A DNA stretch of 64,000 nt from Minisyncoccota bacterium (GTDB lineage: Bacteria > Patescibacteriota > Minisyncoccia > Phycocordibacterales > JABAAK01): assembly GCA_965216295.1 (NCBI GenBank), contig OZ244141.1, forward strand, positions 295,671 to 359,670, read 5' to 3'. This document shows, piece after piece, positions 28,318 through 37,720 of this stretch. Below the pieces are notes generated by a model. It was given only the letters and a program-made list of their open reading frames with translations. It ran no database searches and was not told the origin of the DNA. Each line of letters starts with the position of its first letter. The first letter of the stretch is position 1. A program made the position numbers and the translations under genes.

Positions 28318-31023
28318 ATGTTACCATTTAACCAATTTACTACAAAAGCCCAAGAGGTGTTTCGTATTGCTCAGGGATACGCTTTGGATAACGGCCATCA
28401 GAGTTTAAATACTATTCATCTTTTTGCCGCACTCGTTGGGCAAGAAGATAGCCCTGTGCAGGCGATACTCTACAAGTTAGATATCGATCCTTCCAATCTC
28501 CAAGAACAGATTTTAAACTTACTCACCATTCGTGAGGGCAATGTGACGTATGACACTGGTCCAGTGACACAGCTCTACATCACACCAGAGTTAGCGCAGG
28601 TGGTTGAAAAAGCAGGAAAGGTGGCAGAACGACTAAAAGAGTCATACATATCGACAGAGCATCTCTTCCTTGCGGTTCTTGAGAAACCTGGTTCACTTCA
28701 AAGCATCATGGATCGGTACCAGTTAACTATTAAAAGCGCAACACAAGTTCTTGCTAATCGTCGTCCAACGACAGCGGGTGGTAAAAAACAATCTGATGCA
28801 AAAAATTTAGAAAAGTATGGTAGAAATCTTACGAAGCTTGCACGAGAAAACAAACTAGATCCAGTCATCGGAAGGGAAGAAGAAATGAATCGTGTCATAC
28901 AGATACTGTCTCGAAGAACAAAAAATAACCCAATATTGATTGGTGAGGCAGGAACGGGAAAGACAGCAGTTGCCGAAGGGTTAGCACAAAGAATTATCAC
29001 CAACGACATTCCTGAATCCATGCGAGGTAAGGAGTTGGTAACGTTGGATCTTGGTTCAATGCTTGCAGGAACAAAGTTTCGTGGTGAATTTGAAGACCGT
29101 CTTAAAAAAGTGGTGAACGAAATTGAATCATCTTCAGGGAAGTATATTCTTTTCATTGATGAGTTACATACATTGGTTGGTGCTGGTAGTGCAGAGGGCG
29201 GACTTGATGCCTCTAATCTATTAAAACCTGCACTTGCACGTGGTGAAATGCGAGTCATTGGCGCAACAACACTCCGTGATTATCAACAGCACATTGAAAA
29301 AGATATGGCACTGACACGTCGTTTCCAACCTATTTATGTGACTGAACCAACTATTGAAGATGCCATTTCTATTCTTCGTGGATTACGAGAGAAATATGAA
29401 CTGTTTCATGGAGTACGCATTGCAGACACTTCCCTTATCGCCGCCGTAAATCTCAGTAGTCGATACATCACTGATCGATTCTTGCCTGACAAAGCAATAG
29501 ACTTGATTGATGAAGCAGCCTCTTCCATGCGAGTGGCATTGGAGAATAAACCAGAGGAGTTAGACAAAGCACATCGTCGTTCTATGCAATTAGAGATAGA
29601 ACTTGAGGCGTTGAAAAAAGAACTAGAAACAAAAAAAGATCGTGCTCTTAATCAACGCATTAAAGCGATAGAAAAAGAAATTGCGGATTTGCAAGAAAAT
29701 ACACGTCAACTAGAGACACGCTGGAAGAATGAAAAGAATACTATTGAAAAAATAAAAAAAGTGCAGGGAGATATAGAACAGAATCGTATTGCTGGTGATG
29801 AGGCGGAGAGTAAGGCTGATTTTACAAGAGCAGCAGAGATACGCTACGTTACTATCCCAAAATTAGAAGAATCATTTAAAAAAGCACAGGCAAATTTGAA
29901 GAAACTGCAACGAACTCGTCGTATCTTGCGGGAGGAAGTGACAGAAGAGGATATTGCTGTTGTTGTTTCTCGTTGGACTGGCATTCCTGTTTCCAAGATG
30001 CTTGAAGGAGAATTGAAGAAGCTTGCTCGTATGGAACAAGAATTGAAGCGGTATGTTATTGGTCAAAGCGAAGCAATTCAATTAGTCACTGCCGCTATTC
30101 AGCGTTCTCGTGTCGGTATCGCAGATCCAGATAGACCTATTGGCTCATTTCTTTTCTTGGGTCCAACGGGTGTCGGGAAAACCGAATTGACCAAACAGTT
30201 AGCGCAATACCTTTTTGATGATGAGAAGGCGTTAATACGATTTGATATGTCAGAGTACATGGAACGTCACACCGTCTCAAAACTTATCGGAGCACCACCA
30301 GGATATGTTGGGTATGAAGAGTCAGGGAAACTAACAGAATCAGTTCGTCACCGACCGTATTCGGTAATACTGTTTGATGAAGTAGAAAAGGCACATCCTG
30401 ATATTTTTAATTTGTTACTTCAAGTACTTGATGATGGACGTCTCACCGATGCGAAGGGGAGAGTTATTAATTTTAAAAACGCCATTATCGTTTTAACATC
30501 AAATGTTGGTTCAGAGTTTCTTACATCTATTAATATGATTGGTTTTGGTGAAGAAGATGAGAACAAAACAGCGAATGAAGCATATCAAGAGGTAAAGCTT
30601 AAAATCAATGACATTTTACAAAAAACATTTCGTCCTGAATTTTTGAATCGTCTTGATGAAGTTGTTGTCTTTCGACCATTGAGTAGAACGGTTATTAAAA
30701 AAATTGTTGTGCAACAACTACAAGGTGTTATAAAGCGATTGAGTGAAAAGTTCATTGATCTTTCAGCAACAAAAGAAGTTGCTGATAAATTGACTAAGGA
30801 TGGTTACAATTCAAAATTTGGTGCTCGACCCTTACGACGACTCATTCAAACTGATATACTTAATCCACTTGCATCAACGATCGTTAATGAGGGGATAGGA
30901 AAATCTGCAAAGATTAATGTTGGTGTAAATAAAGAGGGGGAGTATGCATTTAAAATTTTAAAACGAGGTGCTGTCAAAAAAAGTGTTCTCAAGAGGCAAT
31001 TAAAAAAAACAGTGAAAGCATAG
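28318..31023 (+). CDS. clpB: ATP-dependent chaperone ClpB
   Basis: Two AAA+ modules ([16 protein letters not shown]), long middle coiled coil, GAPPGYVGY. Confidence 0.93.
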   Translation: MLPFNQFTTKAQEVFRIAQGYALDNGHQSLNTIHLFAALVGQEDSPVQAILYKLDIDPSNLQEQILNLLTIREGNVTYDTGPVTQLYITPELAQVVEKAGKVAERLKESYISTEHLFLAVLEKPGSLQSIMDRYQLTIKSATQVLANRRPTTAGGKKQSDAKNLEKYGRNLTKLARENKLDPVIGREEEMNRVIQILSRRTKNNPILIGEAGTGKTAVAEGLAQRIITNDIPESMRGKELVTLDLGSMLAGTKFRGEFEDRLKKVVNEIESSSGKYILFIDELHTLVGAGSAEGGLDASNLLKPALARGEMRVIGATTLRDYQQHIEKDMALTRRFQPIYVTEPTIEDAISILRGLREKYELFHGVRIADTSLIAAVNLSSRYITDRFLPDKAIDLIDEAASSMRVALENKPEELDKAHRRSMQLEIELEALKKELETKKDRALNQRIKAIEKEIADLQENTRQLETRWKNEKNTIEKIKKVQGDIEQNRIAGDEAESKADFTRAAEIRYVTIPKLEESFKKAQANLKKLQRTRRILREEVTEEDIAVVVSRWTGIPVSKMLEGELKKLARMEQELKRYVIGQSEAIQLVTAAIQRSRVGIADPDRPIGSFLFLGPTGVGKTELTKQLAQYLFDDEKALIRFDMSEYMERHTVSKLIGAPPGYVGYEESGKLTESVRHRPYSVILFDEVEKAHPDIFNLLLQVLDDGRLTDAKGRVINFKNAIIVLTSNVGSEFLTSINMIGFGEEDENKTANEAYQEVKLKINDILQKTFRPEFLNRLDEVVVFRPLSRTVIKKIVVQQLQGVIKRLSEKFIDLSATKEVADKLTKDGYNSKFGARPLRRLIQTDILNPLASTIVNEGIGKSAKINVGVNKEGEYAFKILKRGAVKKSVLKRQLKKTVKA

Positions 31024-31076
31024 GATATTAATCTCTTAAGTTTAGAATGATGTGCTATACTTCTTCTCGTACAAAA

Positions 31077-31159
31077 GCGTCGATGGCAGAGTGGTCAAAT
31101 GCAACGGACTGTAAATCCGTCGCCGAAAGGCTCCGCAGGTTCGAATCCTGCTCGGCGCA
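31077..31159 (+). tRNA. tRNA-Tyr(GTA)
   Basis: GCGTCGA/TCGGCGC acceptor, ACGGA-CT GTA AA-TCCGT, variable arm GCC-GAAA-GGC. Confidence 0.95.
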
Positions 31160-31235
31160 CCTTTGAGAGGGTGGTAATAAACAAAAGGGTAATAGGAGGG
31201 GTGTTGTGTCAAGTACTTGCGGTACAATACTAGTG

Positions 31236-31586
31236 ATGTTACTTCATGAAATCGCATTGATTGCGTATGCACAAGGGAAAAAAGGAATCGCAGTTGATTG
31301 CGATTACGTTAACTGTACGTTTGATAGTTTCGCAGAACTATTTAATAATCTTCTTGAATTTTTTATTACTATTGCTATTATTCTTGCTACTTTTGGTGTA
31401 GTTATGGTTGGTATTAATTATGTAGTTGCAGCATTTGGTGGAGGCTCAGCTTCCGCACACGCAAAGGTTCGAGAATTGGTTAAATCAGTTCTCTTAGGAT
31501 TAATTTTGGTACTTTGTGCATACCTTGTCGTGAAATTAGTATTTACTACGCTTGGGTATACAGGAGGAGATCCATTTACTTTTTAA
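31236..31586 (+). CDS. TrbC/VirB2-like pilin 6 with a Cys pair
   Basis: AYAQ, DC...C.F..F..L.N motif, two hydrophobic helices. Confidence 0.75.
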   Translation: MLLHEIALIAYAQGKKGIAVDCDYVNCTFDSFAELFNNLLEFFITIAIILATFGVVMVGINYVVAAFGGGSASAHAKVRELVKSVLLGLILVLCAYLVVKLVFTTLGYTGGDPFTF

Positions 31587-31605
31587 TTGTGCGTATAATA
31601 TCTTG

Positions 31606-31677
31606 CGGGTCCACCAGGACTTGAACCTGGAACAACGGTTTTGGAGACCGTCATTTTACCAATTAAACTATAGACCC
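31606..31677 (-). tRNA. tRNA-Trp(CCA)
   Basis: GGGTCTA/TGGACCC acceptor, ACGGT-CT CCA AA-ACCGT. Confidence 0.95.
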
Positions 31678-31680
31678 CTG

Positions 31681-31839
31681 TTATTTCCCCGTTTCTTTGT
31701 ATACCGTATGTTTGCGGAGTTTCGCATTGTATTTTCGTAATTCTAACTTATCAGGGTTTTGTTTACGATTTTTTCTTGTGACGTAGTCAATACAACCCGT
31801 CTCTTTGCATTTTAACCTAATAACGTGGTCTTGTGACAT
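31681..31839 (-). CDS. rpmG: 50S ribosomal protein bL33 (52 aa, missing from the ORF track)
   Basis: Manual translation MSQDHVIRLKCKETGCIDYVTRKNRKQNPDKLELRKYNAKLRKHTVYKETGK. Confidence 0.93.
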   Translation of the reverse strand: MSQDHVIRLKCKETGCIDYVTRKNRKQNPDKLELRKYNAKLRKHTVYKETGK

Positions 31840-31880
31840 ATAGAGTAAGTATACAGAATGGAGTGTTCATAACGCAACAC

Positions 31881-32771
31881 TCATATCAGGGATTTTTCAA
31901 GATGGGTATATATCTCGTCTCGGTTCGTTGGGGAAAACCAGGCAATACCGTGCATTTTTGTAAACCAGGTCATTTGTCGTTTTGCGTACTTTTGAATATC
32001 TTGTATCAGTATTTTTTTCGTTTGTTCTTCATCGCACCCAGAGAAAAGAGATGCGATTGCGGTATATTCTAATCCCAGTCCTTCTAACCACTGTGGTGAA
32101 ACACCATCTTTGATAAGTTGCTCACCTTCATGTTTGATACCTTCCCATCGACTCTCCACTCGTTCTGCAATGTGTGCATTGAGTGTTTCACGAGGAAGTT
32201 GGAGTCCAATGCCGATATATGGATAGCGTGGGATTGGTGTTCGTTGTGGTATGTGGCCTTCCGTTTCGTATATTTCAAGAGCCCGGATGAGACGGGTTTT
32301 ATTTGTTTTTCCAATGGTATGTGCTCGTGATACATCTTTTGTCAGAAGCATTTTGTAGAGTGCATCACTAGTCATGTTCATTACACGACGACGAAAGATA
32401 GGGTTTTGTTTAATTGGAGCGTAAGTATTTTTAAACACAAGTGCGTTCACGTAGAACCCAGTCCCACCAACGATGATAGGTTGTTTGTTTTGTTGAAAGA
32501 TCCTATTGAGTATAGGTACGGCTTGAGTTTCAAATTCATGAACACTGTAGTGTTCTCCTGCAGCAGCAACATCAAGCATGTGATGGGGAACACCATCCAT
32601 TTCTTTGTGAGACACTTTACCAGAACCACTATCTAAACCACGATACACTTGTCGTGAATCTGCTGAGACTATTTCACCGCTGTATCGTTTTGCAATTGTA
32701 ATACCAAGCGCACTTTTTCCTACCGCTGTAGGACCTACGATGAGGATAACTGTTGTGTTTGCTGCTGACAT
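31881..32771 (-). CDS. miaA: tRNA dimethylallyltransferase
   Basis: IVGPTAVGKS, SADSRQVY, GGTGFY, YAKRQMTW; ATG at 32771. Confidence 0.96.
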   Translation of the reverse strand: MSAANTTVILIVGPTAVGKSALGITIAKRYSGEIVSADSRQVYRGLDSGSGKVSHKEMDGVPHHMLDVAAAGEHYSVHEFETQAVPILNRIFQQNKQPIIVGGTGFYVNALVFKNTYAPIKQNPIFRRRVMNMTSDALYKMLLTKDVSRAHTIGKTNKTRLIRALEIYETEGHIPQRTPIPRYPYIGIGLQLPRETLNAHIAERVESRWEGIKHEGEQLIKDGVSPQWLEGLGLEYTAIASLFSGCDEEQTKKILIQDIQKYAKRQMTWFTKMHGIAWFSPTNRDEIYTHLEKSLI

Positions 32772-32855
32772 GGTGCCGAAGGTGGGACTTGAACCCACAC
32801 ACCCAAAGGTACACGATTTTGAGTCGTGCGCGTCTACCAATTCCGCCACTTCGGC
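32771..32855 (-). tRNA. tRNA-Leu(CAA), CCA encoded and overlapping the miaA ATG
   Basis: GCCGAAG/CTTCGGC acceptor, CACGA-CT CAA AA-TCGTG, ...GGCACCA|TG. Confidence 0.95.
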
Positions 32856-32922
32856 AATATGCGTAGTGTATAGCACTATTGAATCAATATCAACAAAAAG
32901 TCAGCAATGGTATACTACGGTT

Positions 32923-33918
32923 ATGGATACGAAACCATCACTCAGTATTTTTTGGGTTTCAGTTGATAAGGTGCACCCTAACCCACTGCAACCAAGGCAC
33001 GAGTTTGATAGCAACAAACTCAAAGATTTGTCGGCATCTATTCATCAGTACGGTGTTTTGCAACCACTTGTTGTTACCAAGAAAGATTTGATGAATGAAT
33101 CGGGAGATATGCAGATACAGTATGAACTTATCGCTGGTGAACGACGATTACGTGCTTCAAAAATGGCTGGATTGCGAGAAGTTCCTGTCCTCATTCGTTC
33201 TGGTGAGGAAGAAAGGCACATGAAACTAGAACTTGCTATTGTTGAAAATTTACAACGGGAGGATCTCAATCCAGTTGATCGAGCAAAAGCATTTAATCAG
33301 TTAGCAGATGAATTTTCATTAAAACAATCAGAGATTGCTCGACGATTTGGTAAAAGTAGGGAATACATTGCAAATAGCATTCGCCTTCTCTCTCTTCCAG
33401 AAAGTATGATAACAGCATTGCACGATGGAAAAATCTCAGAAGGGCACGCTCGATCCCTTTTAATGCTCTGTGACAAGCCAGAAGAACAAGAAACACTTTT
33501 CAATGATGTTGTGTTTCGACGACTCACCGTTCGTGAAGCAGAGCGATGTGCACGAAAGATAGCGATACACAAAGTGAGAAAACAAACGAGAGACCTATCA
33601 CCAGACATCATAGCGTTGGAAGAAAAAATGGAACACTCACTTGGAGCAAATGTTCATATTGAGAAACGAGGATTAGTTGGTGGTAGAATCACCATTGATT
33701 TTAACAATGAAGAAGACTTACAGAATATTATTCAACGCGTTTCGTCACAGACATCAGATTCCAAAGACGGTGACATTGAGTATGTTGAGACGAATGAAAA
33801 TCCTCTCGGCGAAGAAAAGGTGGTGACACCACAAAAAGAAGATTATACAGATGATGCTGATACAACTCCAGCAAAAAAGAAGGATGATTTATATACGTTC
33901 AAGAATTTTTCCTTATAA
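32923..33918 (+). CDS. parB: ParB/Spo0J partition protein
   Basis: PNPLQPR, GVLQP, IAGERR.RA, ENLQREDL, GHAR.LL. Confidence 0.93.
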   Translation: MDTKPSLSIFWVSVDKVHPNPLQPRHEFDSNKLKDLSASIHQYGVLQPLVVTKKDLMNESGDMQIQYELIAGERRLRASKMAGLREVPVLIRSGEEERHMKLELAIVENLQREDLNPVDRAKAFNQLADEFSLKQSEIARRFGKSREYIANSIRLLSLPESMITALHDGKISEGHARSLLMLCDKPEEQETLFNDVVFRRLTVREAERCARKIAIHKVRKQTRDLSPDIIALEEKMEHSLGANVHIEKRGLVGGRITIDFNNEEDLQNIIQRVSSQTSDSKDGDIEYVETNENPLGEEKVVTPQKEDYTDDADTTPAKKKDDLYTFKNFSL

Positions 33919-35374
33919 ACTGTCGAATGAGAGAACGGGCATGAACTGTCTTTACCCAATCAAGCCATTTTTCAGTAACAGTTGGTTTTTTACCCATCTC
34001 TATTTTCACCACGTCACCGTTATGAAGTTTTCTGTGGAGAGAGACATATTTTCCATTCACAAACGCACCTTTTGCATAGATACCAACATCGCTATGAATA
34101 GCAAATGCAAAATCAGTAACGGTTGAGCCTAGTGGAAGATCTACTACTTCGTGCATTGGAGTGAAAATAAACATACGTTCCTTGAGGAAGTCATTTTCTA
34201 TATTTTCAACAAACATATTTTCATCCAATTTTTTCTCACTTATTTGTGCCATTTGTTCAAACCAGTTGAGTTTTTTACCGTTTGTCGCGTGCATGAGTAA
34301 TTTTTCAAACCATAACAGATCAATACCTTTAATATCGTGACGTTTATCTTTATACGAAAAGTGAGATGCTAAACCAAACTGCGCATTCTGATACATCTCT
34401 TCTGTGAGAATTTGTATTTCAATAATTTGTTCATAGACAGTAATACTTGTGTGGAGGGCACGGTAGCCGTTTGGTTTTGGCACTGCTATGTAGTCTTTTA
34501 CTTTTTTTGGTAACGGTTGCCATTTGCCGTGGAGAATACCAAACACTAAGTAGGCAGTTGGTATATCACGAACAATAATGCGAAATGCGGAAATATCATG
34601 CAAGTCTTGGAGAGTACAATTTCGATCTTCTTTTTTCTTATAAATACTATATATACTTTTGAGACGTGAGGAGATAGTGTGTTCTCCAATATTCTTTTTT
34701 TGTAACTCTTCGGTCAGTGCTACTTTAAATTTTTCATGAACATCAAGGTGAACGGTAGATTCCAATTCTTTTTGTAATTTGGCATATATTTTCGGTTCAA
34801 GAAATTTAAATGCAATGTCTTCTAATTCTGCTTTTACCTTACCCATACCCAACCGATCAGCAATCGGTGCATATATTTTTTTTGTTTCTAAGGCAATTCT
34901 TGTATGTTTTTCTACAGGAACATATTGTAACGTACGCATGTTATCAAGTCGATCCATCAGTCGGATGATGATGACACGTATATCTTTTGAGGTTGCAACA
35001 AACAGTTTTTGTAGTGATTTCACTCGTATTTCAAGTCCGTGATAGCGCACATCACCGAGGTTGGTGACCGCATCAACAAAAAAAGCAACAGTCGTGCCAA
35101 AGATATCTTGTATCTCATCTATGGTAACGTCAGTGTCTTCAATGGTGTCATGGAGGATACCTGCAATAATGACTTCTTTCGGCATGGATAATTCAGCAAG
35201 GAGTCTGCCAACTGCGTACGGGTGTGTATAGTAAGGAGCTCCAGAGTATCGTTTCTGATCTCCGTGTTTTTCTTTTGCATACAAACATGCTTTTTTTACC
35301 AACTGCTTATCTTTTTCTGAAAGGGTATTACAGGCGAGAAGAATATCTTCCATGCTGGTTATTTGATAATCCAT
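33899..35374 (-). CDS. RelA/SpoT family (p)ppGpp synthetase/hydrolase (HD-SYNTH-TGS, no ACT)
   Basis: LHDTIED, DRLDNMRTL, R.KS.YSI.KK, YRALHT, EIQI, TGS motif DFAFAIHS. Confidence 0.9.
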   Translation of the reverse strand: MDYQITSMEDILLACNTLSEKDKQLVKKACLYAKEKHGDQKRYSGAPYYTHPYAVGRLLAELSMPKEVIIAGILHDTIEDTDVTIDEIQDIFGTTVAFFVDAVTNLGDVRYHGLEIRVKSLQKLFVATSKDIRVIIIRLMDRLDNMRTLQYVPVEKHTRIALETKKIYAPIADRLGMGKVKAELEDIAFKFLEPKIYAKLQKELESTVHLDVHEKFKVALTEELQKKNIGEHTISSRLKSIYSIYKKKEDRNCTLQDLHDISAFRIIVRDIPTAYLVFGILHGKWQPLPKKVKDYIAVPKPNGYRALHTSITVYEQIIEIQILTEEMYQNAQFGLASHFSYKDKRHDIKGIDLLWFEKLLMHATNGKKLNWFEQMAQISEKKLDENMFVENIENDFLKERMFIFTPMHEVVDLPLGSTVTDFAFAIHSDVGIYAKGAFVNGKYVSLHRKLHNGDVVKIEMGKKPTVTEKWLDWVKTVHARSLIRQFIRKNS

Positions 35375-35384
35375 AAAAAGTAAG

Positions 35385-37547
35385 TTAGTGTTTTAATTTA
35401 TGTGGATTGTGGTATGGACATGTTTTAGAAGAGCATCGTGTGGGAATTGTCTTTGTTCCTTCCATCATCAAAGAGCCACATTCCGTACAAGTAGTTCCGG
35501 TTGGTTTTGCTCGCATGGTGTACTTGCATGTCGGATAGTCAGAGCAGCCATAGAACGGTCCAAATCGCCCCTGTCGTTCGACAATGGTACCTTTCTTACA
35601 CGTAACACAGGTAACCTGTGTATCTCGCTTTGCTTTTGTTTCAGGATCTTCTTCAATATACTTACATTTCGGATAGCGGTTACATGAGATAAAGTCACCA
35701 AATCTGCCACTTCGTAACACAAGTGCTCCGTCTCGACACTTTGGACAATCTTTACCAATTTCTTTTGGTTCTTTTATGAGTTCACCATCTTTTTTTCGTG
35801 CACCAGTACAGGTAGGGAAGTTTGCACAACTCAAAAAAGTATCAGTCTTGGAAAGTTTATATACCATCTTACCTTTACATTTTGGACAGGGATGTTCAGG
35901 AGGTCCATCACGCAGTGTTGTTAATTTTTCAATATCTTCTTTTGCATCAACTTCTTTTTTAAATTCTGTATAAAAATCTTTGAGGAGTGTTTTGTACTTA
36001 CCTTTTCCAACAGCGAGGGTATCAAGAGCATCTTCCATATCTGAGGTAAATGCGTCAGCGACATAGTGAGAGAAATGTTTTTCTAAAAAAGAGCTGACCA
36101 CATCACCAAGATCTGTTGGAACGAGTGATCGGCTTTCTTTTACCACATAGTTTCTTTCAACAAGTGTTCGTATGGTGCTTGCGTAGGTTGATGGTCTCCC
36201 AATACCACGTGCTTCAAGTTCTTTCACCAATCCTGCTTCAGAGTATCGTGGCGGTGGTGTTGTTTCTTTCTCTGTTGGTTGTATGTGGTTGCAAGTAACT
36301 GGTTCACCCTCTGTCAGCACAGGGAGGTGCACCTCTTTGTTTTTTGCATAGTCGTCACAAGCAAGCCATCCTTCCTGAATGATACGAACACCACGGAGGA
36401 GAAAGGTAGGCATTCCTGTTGCAGTAAATGATACAACGGTTCGTTCTAATTCTGCTGGAATCATTTGGCTTGCAAGTGTGCGTCGATAAATGATTGTATA
36501 GAGGGAGCGCTCCTCTTGTGAACTTCCCATTCCTTCATGTGCCATGACAGTTGGTCGTATTGCCTCATGCGCCTCCTGTGCTGCCTTGCTTTTTGTTTTG
36601 TAGTGTGTCTGATGGTACTGTTCTTTTCCGTATGTTTCGGTAATCACTTTTTTTATTTGTTCATGTGCCTGTTTTGAAAGATTGGTAGAGTCAGTGCGCA
36701 TATAGGTAATGTGTCCTCTTTCATACAATCGTTGTGCAACACGCATTGTGTTTGCAGGAGACCACCCGAGTACGGTGTTTGCTGCTTGTTGGAGTGTTGA
36801 GGTGATAAACGGTGCACGAGGAAGTCGTTTCTGGAGTGTCTTTTTTATTTTCCCAATTGACCATTCTGCTTTTTTTGCTTTTTTTAATATGGCATCCACT
36901 TCCTTTTTATCGTCAAAGGTTTTCTCACACTCTGTAATATATTCAGACGCATCTTTTCTTTGAAAGGTTGCTTGGAGTTCCCAATACACTTTTGTTGTAA
37001 ACGCTCGTATCTTTCGTTCCTGTTCCATGATGATGCGCAGAGCAGGTGATTGAACACGACCAGCAGAGAGACCGTACCGTACTTTTTTCCAAATAAGTTT
37101 ACTCAAACTATATCCAAAGAGCCTATCAAGCACTCTCCTTGCCTCTTGTGCTATTCGTAAATCTTGATCAATGAGACGAATGTGTTTCAATGATTCTAAT
37201 ATTGCTTCTTTCGTAATTTCATGGAAAACAATTCGCTTTGGGTTTTTCAACGCTACTGCTTGTTGTATGTGCCAAGCAATCGCTTCACCTTCACGATCTG
37301 GGTCAGTTGCCAAAAGTACTTCATCTGCTTTTGCCGCTTCTTTCTGTATTTGATTAATAATTTTTTGCTTATCAGGAATCACTTCGTAGTGAGGAACAAA
37401 ACCTCCTTTTATATCAATCGCATCTTTATCACTCTTGGGTAAGTTGCGTATGTGACCGACTGAAGAAACGACTTTAAATTCTTTGCCAAGATATTTTTCA
37501 ATTGTTTTTGCCTTGGCGGGGGATTCAACAATGACGAGTGTTCTCAT
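35385..37547 (-). CDS. topA: DNA topoisomerase I
   Basis: IVESPAKAKTI, DPDREGEAI, SAGRVQS, ITYMRTDS, C-terminal zinc ribbons. Confidence 0.97.
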   Translation of the reverse strand: MRTLVIVESPAKAKTIEKYLGKEFKVVSSVGHIRNLPKSDKDAIDIKGGFVPHYEVIPDKQKIINQIQKEAAKADEVLLATDPDREGEAIAWHIQQAVALKNPKRIVFHEITKEAILESLKHIRLIDQDLRIAQEARRVLDRLFGYSLSKLIWKKVRYGLSAGRVQSPALRIIMEQERKIRAFTTKVYWELQATFQRKDASEYITECEKTFDDKKEVDAILKKAKKAEWSIGKIKKTLQKRLPRAPFITSTLQQAANTVLGWSPANTMRVAQRLYERGHITYMRTDSTNLSKQAHEQIKKVITETYGKEQYHQTHYKTKSKAAQEAHEAIRPTVMAHEGMGSSQEERSLYTIIYRRTLASQMIPAELERTVVSFTATGMPTFLLRGVRIIQEGWLACDDYAKNKEVHLPVLTEGEPVTCNHIQPTEKETTPPPRYSEAGLVKELEARGIGRPSTYASTIRTLVERNYVVKESRSLVPTDLGDVVSSFLEKHFSHYVADAFTSDMEDALDTLAVGKGKYKTLLKDFYTEFKKEVDAKEDIEKLTTLRDGPPEHPCPKCKGKMVYKLSKTDTFLSCANFPTCTGARKKDGELIKEPKEIGKDCPKCRDGALVLRSGRFGDFISCNRYPKCKYIEEDPETKAKRDTQVTCVTCKKGTIVERQGRFGPFYGCSDYPTCKYTMRAKPTGTTCTECGSLMMEGTKTIPTRCSSKTCPYHNPHKLKH

Positions 37548-37556
37548 ATGACACTA

Positions 37557-37592
37557 ACAATAGTATCTCATTTGCCATATGTCAACATATGG
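37557..37592 (-). promoter_or_regulatory. Sigma70-type promoter of topA with -35 inside an inverted repeat
   Basis: Minus-strand TTGACA (37580-37585), N17, TATTGT. IR CCATATG-TCAA-CATATGG at 37575-37592. Confidence 0.5.
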
Positions 37593-37720
37593 TATGCCAT
37601 GAGAGGTCATCGAGTATATTCTATTACCTTTTTAAGAGTGACCTGAGAAACAGTATGTTTTCCCACAGAAGACCCTTTATTTTCACCATTTTTTCTCTTT
37701 TTTTGGTATACTGAAGGTAC

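Noticed and set aside
32772-32876. 35-aa N-terminal extension of MiaA given by the ORF track
   Set aside because: It is the tRNA-Leu(CAA) sequence read in frame from a GTG inside the likely -10 region. MiaA homology starts at ATG 32771.
32740-32922. N-terminal extension of ParB
   Set aside because: It runs antisense through tRNA-Leu. ATG 32923 follows TGgTATACT and matches the ParB domain start.
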